Source of the DNA: Podarcis muralis
Taxonomy: Eukaryota
Direction: 5' to 3'
Assembly: GCF_964188315.1 (NCBI RefSeq)
Contig: NC_135669.1
Span: 41,850,001 to 41,914,000, forward strand
Length of the DNA: 64,000 nucleotides
In this document: positions 56,301 through 64,000 of the stretch, piece after piece
Position numbering within the stretch: the stretch's first letter is position 1
How the letters are laid out: every line of letters begins with the position of its first letter
The notes under the pieces: generated by a model
What the model was told of the DNA's origin: nothing
Databases searched by the model: none
What the model saw: the letters and a program-made list of their open reading frames with translations, nothing else
Translations under genes and position numbers: made by a program

Positions 56301-58321
56301 TGAGTGCTCTGGTTTTCGAATGTTGTTTTGGAAGCCGAATGTCCGATGGGGCTTCCGACTGGCTGCAGGAGCTTCCTGCAGCCAATCAGAAGCTGCACTT
56401 TGGTTTCCAAACGTTTCGGAACGTTCGACTTCCAAGGTACAGCTGTACATGAGAAGACCTGACGGCTCCGATCCAAATAGAAGCCGGTCAGCAAAAGCTA
56501 CGGAGGGGAGCCAGGTTGGAAGGGAGACGGCAGTCAGCAGTCTGGAAATGTCCTGGCACACGGGGGTTATACACAAACCCCTTTTGACTGCCAGCAGCCC
56601 ACACATAAGGAGACAACAGGACACCTGAGAATGTGCAAAGAACCAGATTTGAGTTTGGTCCAGGGTGCTGAAAATTCTCTTAGTGATCCCTTGCAACTCT
56701 TTGGCAAACAAAATTGCTCTCTCTCTCTCTGACATCACACACACACACACACACACACAGGCTTGCCACTTCTGAATATAAGTAAAGCTCTGAGCAACTG
56801 GGTCAGGTTTCCAAGTTAAATCTCAACGGACATGACCTCATCTTGTTCCCAAAAGCCTTCACCCTAACCATGCGCCTGGGACAGTGTTTGGACTGTGTGC
56901 TTCTCAAACAATCAAAGGTGCATAGCTCAGTCAGTAGAGCATGAGACTCTTCAAAAGATTCCTGCATTGCAGGGGGTTGGACTAGATGACCCTTGTGACA
57001 CCTCCCCGCTATGATTCTATGATTTAAAAACCATGTTTTTAAAATGGGTGCAGTGCTTTGCGGACATTGGCTTTCTCAATCCTTACAAACCAACCTGCAA
57101 GGAGGGCCAGTATTATTTTTTGCAGATTGGGGAGGCAGGTGGAGGCCTAAGCTAACAGTCTGTAAAGCCTCGCTTGCTCACCGACAGCAGGAAAAATGCT
57201 AAAGTTCCCGTTTCTGGACTGAACCACATCAAACTGGATACAAGAAGGGAAGGGATCACATAGTCAAATGCTCCTCCAGACTAAATTTGTTCCACATAGA
57301 AAGCTACCGTGTCCGTGAAAAGTGGTCTAGCCTAAGCTTCTCACCTGATAGGCAAGGTTTCCGTTTATTCATTGAGAAAATATTGAACTGTATTAAAGCC
57401 ACAACCATGAACTGTAATCTGCGATGGTATATTCTATGTAGGACTTCTATTTGGTTACTTGCTGTTGGCATGATATCGGCCTTAGTCAAGCTATTACCTA
57501 TAAGTATTGCAGGAGGGAGGGCAAGGAAGCGCATCTGTAAAATGAGGATAGTAGTGCTTTCCTACCTTGCAAGAAAGTTGTAAGCCCACCTAGAAAGTTC
57601 ACGGCTGGGCTGGCCTGAGATTTGAACCAGCAGCTTTACAGCTTGCATTCTTTGACCCTGGGACAGCAATCACAGCTTTGCCTTAAGCAGCAGGGGTGGG
57701 GAAACTCAGATCGGCCCTCAGGGCTTCCCTATCTGGCCCTCGGTCCTCTCCCTAGGACATCCCCTCCCCTCTGTGAGTGTGCAGAGAGTGAGACACCTCT
57801 GACTTTGGTGCAGCTGGAAAGTAACTTCCTCTACAAATTTATGCTGCATCCTTTGCTCCGCTCACTCTGGCCTCGCCCCAAGCCCAAGCCTGTGGCCCTT
57901 AGAAGATCACTGACAGCCCTTGGCTGATGACACTTCCCTCGCCTCTCCCCTGAGGAATTCTGGGTCTTGTAGGCTGGTGAGGATGCTGAGTTCTGTTCAA
58001 GAACCCTTGCCCCTTTCCCAGGGTGCACTGGGGAAAGGGGCAGATGGCCTAGTGTTGCAGCTTTCAGCTTTTAACACAGATGCCCTCCCTAAGAGGAATC
58101 AGCAGCCCACAAACATTAGCAGTGAACTGTGTCACGTGCCCATGCAAGACCCACCCCTTTCCCCCGCTGCCGCGGCTCCCCCTTCCCTGGCCGTACCTCT
58201 CCGGCAACGAAAAACAGCAGAGGAGCCTCTTCGTCTTTGGCTTTGTATTTGGCAATTATTTTCTCGGCAATGGGCTGGATCAGCTGCTTGGCGGCCTCGG
58301 ACTCCCCGTCGTCGTCAGAAT
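52044..58321 (-). CDS. NXN: Nucleoredoxin, 3' part only (last two exons): complement(join(52044..52226,58197..58321)); upstream exons not found in the window
   Basis: (D)SDDDGESEAAKQLIQPIAEKIIAKYKAKDEEAPLLFFVAGE + DDMTDSLRDFTNLPEAAPLLTILDMSARAKYV...KLKPEPI* matches the NXN C-terminus; GT-AG sites. Confidence 0.95.
53230..53312. repeat. Compound (CT)n(CA)n microsatellite
   Basis: Direct reading. Confidence 0.9.
53545..53775 (-). mobile_element. CR1 LINE 3' fragment
   Basis: aaccccctgcaatgcaggaatc...aaaaacctccaaggaaggagagtcc, same family as 5095. Confidence 0.65.
56230..56445. mobile_element. Tc1/mariner MITE (family related to 20268)
   Basis: TA cagtcatacctcgg...ccaaggtacagctg TA. Confidence 0.7.
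58197..58321 (-). CDS. NXN: NXN penultimate exon (125 nt)
   Basis: ctgcag|AT TCT GAC...GGA GAG|gtacgg. Confidence 0.95.
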
Positions 58322-58475
58322 CTGCAGAGCAAGAGATGTGGAGGAAAAATGATACACATCAGCTTCAAGGTTCCAGTCCTCACCTTTTAAAAGCAACTCC
58401 TGTCTGTGTATCCTGGGAGGGCTTTGTGTATGGTGCAGTTTCAGCTACATGGAAGCTGAATGGTACAGCAAAGAC

Positions 58476-58509
<34 letters not shown>

Positions 58510-58599
58510 GGGTGCTTTCTATACTTATGTGAAATTGTGGCATGCATTTGTTACTGAAAAGCGTCGAATACACACCCACACACTTCTTCAATCAGCTTA

Positions 58600-58960
58600 G
58601 AACATTATAAGAAGAGCTGGGTCAGACCAGAGGCCCATCTTAATCCAGCATCCTGTTCTCACAGTGGCCAACCAGATGGCAGATTTGGCTCCATGCTGCC
58701 ATCACTGACGGCAAGCGAAATCAAGTACATGAACAAAAGAGCCCTGCTTGATAAAGCCCGTGGCCATGCAGCCTGACATCCTGTTCTCACAGGGGCCAGG
58801 GAAGCCCACATGGGAAGCGGGGTGCAATGGTGACAGCCCCCCCCCACTCGTGATCCCCTCCTCCTGGTGATTCACAAGCCTACTGCCTCTTGCACTGAAG
58901 GGCACTGAATTTAAAACAATCTCTAAAAACAAAACTAGCCAATTCCAGGTACTTTTAAAA
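58600..58960 (-). mobile_element. CR1/L3-like 3' fragment
   Basis: agaacattataagaagagc...tcagaccagaggcccatc..atccagcatcctgttctcacagtggcc. Confidence 0.55.
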
Positions 58961-60982
58961 ATATAAATGAATACCTAACAGGGCAATCTGTCTAACAGGG
59001 TCTGATATAAAGTTATCGCTTCCCACGTTCCTAAAAGTAGATCACTGCTTTGGGGGTTTCTACAAACAGTCCCCTGTTCCGACCTGCTCCGAGTTAAGGG
59101 AAGCGGTTTGGGGCTTTGACAGTCTCTTTGTCTAAAGCCGGCTGGAATGCGCAGGCCTCACCCGCAAGAGCCCCGAAGGCCAAAGCCACACTGCTGACTC
59201 GATTAGGAACGTTTTGAATGTTGCGGTGCTTGTGTCTGGATTGGCTGTGTAATTTCAACCATGGGATGTCAGCCTGCAAAGACCCCGTGAGATGAGCTCC
59301 CTGTTCCTCTCGATTTTTTAAAAATTTAAACAGAGAACAAGAGAGGCTGGAGACACAGACAATCCCACCCACCCTCCGTGTTTGCATTCGGGGAGAAAGA
59401 TTAATAATGGGATTAATTTTTTTCTCTCCCCTTCTCCCCCCACCAACAAAGCTAATTGGCTGCGCTCCAGCTCCTGTGCCTCCAGGCTGACCTCCCAAGT
59501 AGGTGGCAAACATATACGGCACAAAGCTGATTAATAATAGTCACAGATGCAGCTCTGTGTAAAGACACATACACCCCCCCCTCCAAGCTGCGCTGAGGCT
59601 CCTGGTGTTTAATTTAAAGGAGGGGGGGTCATGAGGAGAGAGAGATGGAGAGACGGGGGACTGGAAAACAGGGCTTTGCTGTCGGGCTGGATCGATAGGG
59701 GAGGGTGTCCCGCAGCTGAAAGGACAGCTGAATTATCTGGGGAACTTTTAGAGCAATTTTAAATGTTTGTGTGTGTGTTGGGTGTGTGTGTGTGTGCGTG
59801 TCACAGGAAGCCAAGTCCTGCGTCTCATCACAACCCCATGAAAATACTGGCAAGAATTTCGTTGTCCCCGAGAGGGGGCAATGACAATAAAGATATTATT
59901 ATTATTATTATTATTATTATTAAGAATGCATGATGTGGTCCTGGCTCCAAAACTTAGATTCCAGAGAATAAAAAGCTTCTTTTTTAAAAAATCAACTTTC
60001 TAGTCCATTTGGGTGCAAAGATGTTCGGAAAACATGGGAGCAATGCCTGCTGGAAAGCCACAGGGAGGGAGGGAGGGTGTCGTTTTTGGTATCTAACTTA
60101 ATGCAGCAGCAATTCAAGTGTCAGAAGGCACCTGTAACTTGCCCGTTGATTTTCACGGCGACTATTTCAAAAGTCCCTTGTCCCTATCCCTTTTTGTTGT
60201 TGTCCTATTCCTTTTTGTTGTTCTTGTTGTTGACTTTGCGGCATTAAATGTGCATTCTGCAGCTGACCTCCCTTGCAATGTTTAATTCCGGTTTAATTAT
60301 GTTGCTTTGAATGTATACTTCAGATTTGACTTTCTTCAATCATGTTTCATTCTGGATTGTTTTATTTGGTGTTTAAATGTGTTGTAAACAGCTTTGAGAT
60401 TTCCCCCCCTTAAAAATAGAAACCGGCATAGAAATGAAAATAATAATGATAATGATCATAATGATCATAATAATAGCAGCAGCAGCAGCACCTGAAGAGG
60501 AATTTCAGGAGCCAGAGTGGTGCAGAGGTGAAGGGGGGGGGCAGCTGTAGAACAGCAAGATCTCTATAGAGGTATAGATGCTGTCGGGTGACAAATCCCA
60601 TCAGCACCCGCCAGAATGGCCAATGGTCAGGGGATGAAGGGGTTTGCAGCCGACAAAATCTGGAGGGAGCCACAGTGGCTACCCCAATCTAACTTTATTT
60701 ATTTACTTTGTAAAAAAAATTATATACTACTTTACTTAATGTGGTGTTTTTTAAGCACAAACCTCAAAATAGTTTACGAAAATAATAATACAATACTGCT
60801 ATAATCCACCTTGAGACCTTAGGGTGAAGGGTGGGTAAATAAACAAACACATAACCAATAAAATTATCAGTAAAAACCGTTCTCTGAAAAGCATTCAAAA
60901 AAGAACTAAAATCAACGATAAGCTAAAAACAGATTAAAACACATGCCAGCATTCTACATGTCATGTCTGGTTTTGCCTAAAC

Positions 60983-61231
60983 CAGAGGTTAGCAAACTTT
61001 TTCAGCAGGGGGCCGGTCCACTGTCCCTCAGACCTTGTGGGGGACCGGACTATATTTTGAAAAAATATATGAACGAATTCCTATGCCCCACAAATAACCC
61101 AAGAGATGCATTTTAAATAAAAGGACACATTCTACTCATGTAAAAACACGCTGATTCCTGGACCATCTGCAGGCCAGATTCAAAAGGCGATTGGGTTGGA
61201 TCCGGCCCCCGGGCCTTAGACCCAACCCATG
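60983..61231. mobile_element. hAT-type non-autonomous element (uninterrupted copy of 28-977) inside an old L2
   Basis: Perfect 8-bp TSD gcctaaac (60975-60982, 61232-61239). Confidence 0.85.
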
Positions 61232-63195
61232 GCCTAAACGAAAAGGTTTTTAGCGGGTGCTGAAAAGTGTACAATGAAGATGCTTGCCTGATGTCAAGTC
61301 GCAGGGAGTTCCAAAGGGTGAATTTTGCCACATTAAATAGTGGATTTCCTAGAAGGTGGAACAAGTATTATGTGGCGCCTGTAATGGTGCCAGTTCCACA
61401 GATCGAGTCAATATGTATACTAGGCTAAGACAAAGAAGCTGAAACAGCCTCATCAACCATAGCTATGCGCTAACTCCCATATCGTCTACTTATTCTTTTT
61501 TTCAGAGAGCAGGCTATAAACAAAAATAACATAAAATAAACCATATAAGGAAGACAGAAAAACAATTTCTTTCTTTGAATTGTTGGAATACTTTGTCAGT
61601 CTTGTTTGCTACACGTATAACAAGTAATGAAATAAAAAAGAAAGATACTGTATTAAGATTTTTTAAATAACTGGTGTTATGTATAAACTACGAAGAAGAG
61701 CTACAGATGAAATATTAACTGCTGTCATTCATTCAGGCTAATTTAAAACAGCATTTGCGAACCATGTGCTGTTGTAGCTAACGACTGCATTTAAAATTTT
61801 GGACTGTCTTGCAGTTTTATTATGTTTACATTGTCATTTTCAGCACACTTTTATTGTATTAAGGGGCCGTTGTCTGGTATTTTAATATGCACTGGTCTAG
61901 AATCAATCTGGGGGAAAGGAAAATATAAAAAAGTGGAATGAAACTGGGTAAACTGAAAGGTTTTCAAATATTCAGCTGAATTAATTGCACAATTAGCATA
62001 GGTTCCTTTTGATATGGGATGGCTGGATTAATTGAATTATTGATCGCCGTGATTATATATATACAGGGATGGAGCATCACTAAAGCTTTCAGTATACATG
62101 TATATATAAATTTATTTTTTTAAAGAAATACAGAAACAACAACAGCCCTAAACCAGTCAAAAAAAAAGAAAAAGGACAAGGTTTTCCCTAGGCAGAGTAA
62201 TGACAGGTACTCATTAGCAGAGGGCTTGACATTTGTCATCATGGCAACAGATAGAGTTCTAGGTCATTTTCACCCCGCAAGGACACAGCACGATCCACCC
62301 TCTAACCGAACCCCTGGAAACGATTCCTGGATTATTTGTTCCCCCGCTGAATTTCTGCCCCACAGGCAAGCATGGAAGGGGGGAGGATGTTATTATGCTG
62401 CTGGGATAACTCTCTTCCAGAGTGGTCCATCATTAGCCAGACGGGGCCGCCCTATCAATCATTCCCCACTCACCCGCAGGGAGCGCAACAATCTATTCCC
62501 ACCCCCGGCTACAAGAGTCAGGCTCCCAGTGGGCTGGAGGACCCTCACGCAGCAGCGCTTTGCTGAATAAATAAGAAGGGTCACAGTGAGCTCAGCTTGA
62601 ACAGAGAGCTAGAAAGCGGAGAGGAGGGTGAATTACTAGGGGGCAGCGGTGAGGGGGAGAACTAGGCTGAGGAGCAGAGCTGCCCCATCCCAGTAGGACA
62701 AAAAAAGACAACTTCGTCTAAGACCAGAGACTATCGTGTTTGTTTCACATATAACACACCTCGAGAACTGATGAGGACATAGATAAAAACGTATTCCACT
62801 AAAACGAAGGGGACTGCTATACATGCTTAAAGCCGTAATAAATAAAATGATCTACCTGAAGAGATGACTGATCAACAGACATGAATTCTGTTGATCAGGC
62901 ATCTATTTGGATATATCATTTTGGTTGTTTTTTTGGTTTTTTTTAACAAAACAAACTTACTGTCTCAGTGCTATTTATTTCTGTAATGAAATCAATATAC
63001 TGTTTGATTGCAACATAGCCTCCATTAAGCACAATCCATCACATTGATTTTGTTGGACGTTATCATTTTGTTTTATTTTTTGCATTTAAGCATGTATAGA
63101 CATTCCCATTCAGAATACATTTCACCTACAGCATTGTGAAAGATTGTATGATTCATTTTGTTGTAGCATTTTAAGCAGCAGCAAGTCTTAATTAT

Positions 63196-63203
63196 ATCTA
63201 TTT

Positions 63204-63267
<64 letters not shown>
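63196..63267. repeat. (TCTA)n microsatellite
   Basis: Direct reading. Confidence 0.9.
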
Positions 63268-63268
<1 letters not shown>

Positions 63269-63487
63269 TTCCCTAATCCAATTCACTGTATGAGAAACCA
63301 TTTTTGCATTTCCCAAAACACTTTTTGGGGGGCTGGGGGCGAGGTGACATTTCAGAGCGAAACAAACCTCAATGGTGCAATCTGAGCACATTTAAACCCA
63401 GATTTGGTACTGTTACAACCAGAAAACAGGAACAAAATGGCGAGAGCCTGGTTTGAATATCCACGTGTCCGTGGGTCTGTCTGCCTT

Positions 63488-63528
<41 letters not shown>

Positions 63529-64000
63529 CTAAGCACCTCGCAAGGGAAGGACACAATTGCGATAAAGGCAGGAGATGTACAGCTTACACAAGCGGCGTTG
63601 CAAAAGACGAGCCGTTCCAAGCACTAAACGGTCTCGAGTGTGCGCTCGTGCGAAAAAGCGTTTGTGTATTTTCAAGCACTTTGCAGACAAAACAGCGCTT
63701 TACAAAAGGTTAAGCGTGAGTTCAAATCTAAAGCAAAAGAATTAATTACGTGGGGAGGTGTTACACTCACCGCCCCCGTTTCCCCCCACGGCCGCTGACA
63801 CAAACCGAGAGCTGTTGGGGTTGGTGGGGGGGCTTAGATGTACGTGCCGTGAAAGAAGCGCAATTGGCCCCGCACTCCAGGGGGGTTACAGACAACCGCA
63901 TTCAGACACAGCTTGAGTCCTCGGTTGGGTGGAGGGGGAGAAGACTCCAGGGGCAGAAACAGGAAACGGATGAATGTGAGGCTTGGAGTGCCGCCATTGT

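Noticed and set aside
62226-62570. 114-aa + strand ORF in the NXN intron
   Set aside because: Non-ATG start, no recognisable domain or splice context; NXN exon 6 was looked for in 58322-64000 and not found.

Overview
Eukaryotic (vertebrate) genomic DNA from a squamate reptile, probably a lacertid lizard (inferred from Sauria SINE, Squam3-like SINE, BovB, CR1, L2 and L1 content). It covers the conserved amniote block TLCD3A(+) / GEMIN4(-) / [DBIL5 position] / GLOD4(-) / MRM3(+) / NXN(-, last two exons only). I built complete exon models by hand, with splice sites and reading phases that check out: TLCD3A 262 aa, GEMIN4 1058 aa, GLOD4 298 aa, MRM3 432 aa. Gene identities rest on my recall of the mammalian proteins, not on a database search. 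The most notable observation is an intact, intronless 77-aa acyl-CoA-binding-protein-like ORF (31016-31249) at the position of mammalian DBIL5/ELP, a gene usually treated as mammal-specific. It has a Kozak ATG and an AATAAA, only in-frame indels, and degenerate acyl-CoA-binding residues. Other points: a GC-AG intron in MRM3; a possible 56-aa N-terminal extension of GEMIN4; a palindromic hAT MITE carrying paired ZNF143/THAP11-type motifs; self-targeting Tc1/mariner MITE chains; a BovB copy with an inverted 5' duplication; and orphan CpG-rich regions in NXN introns. I found no CRISPR array, rRNA, genuine tRNA or prokaryotic-type system.
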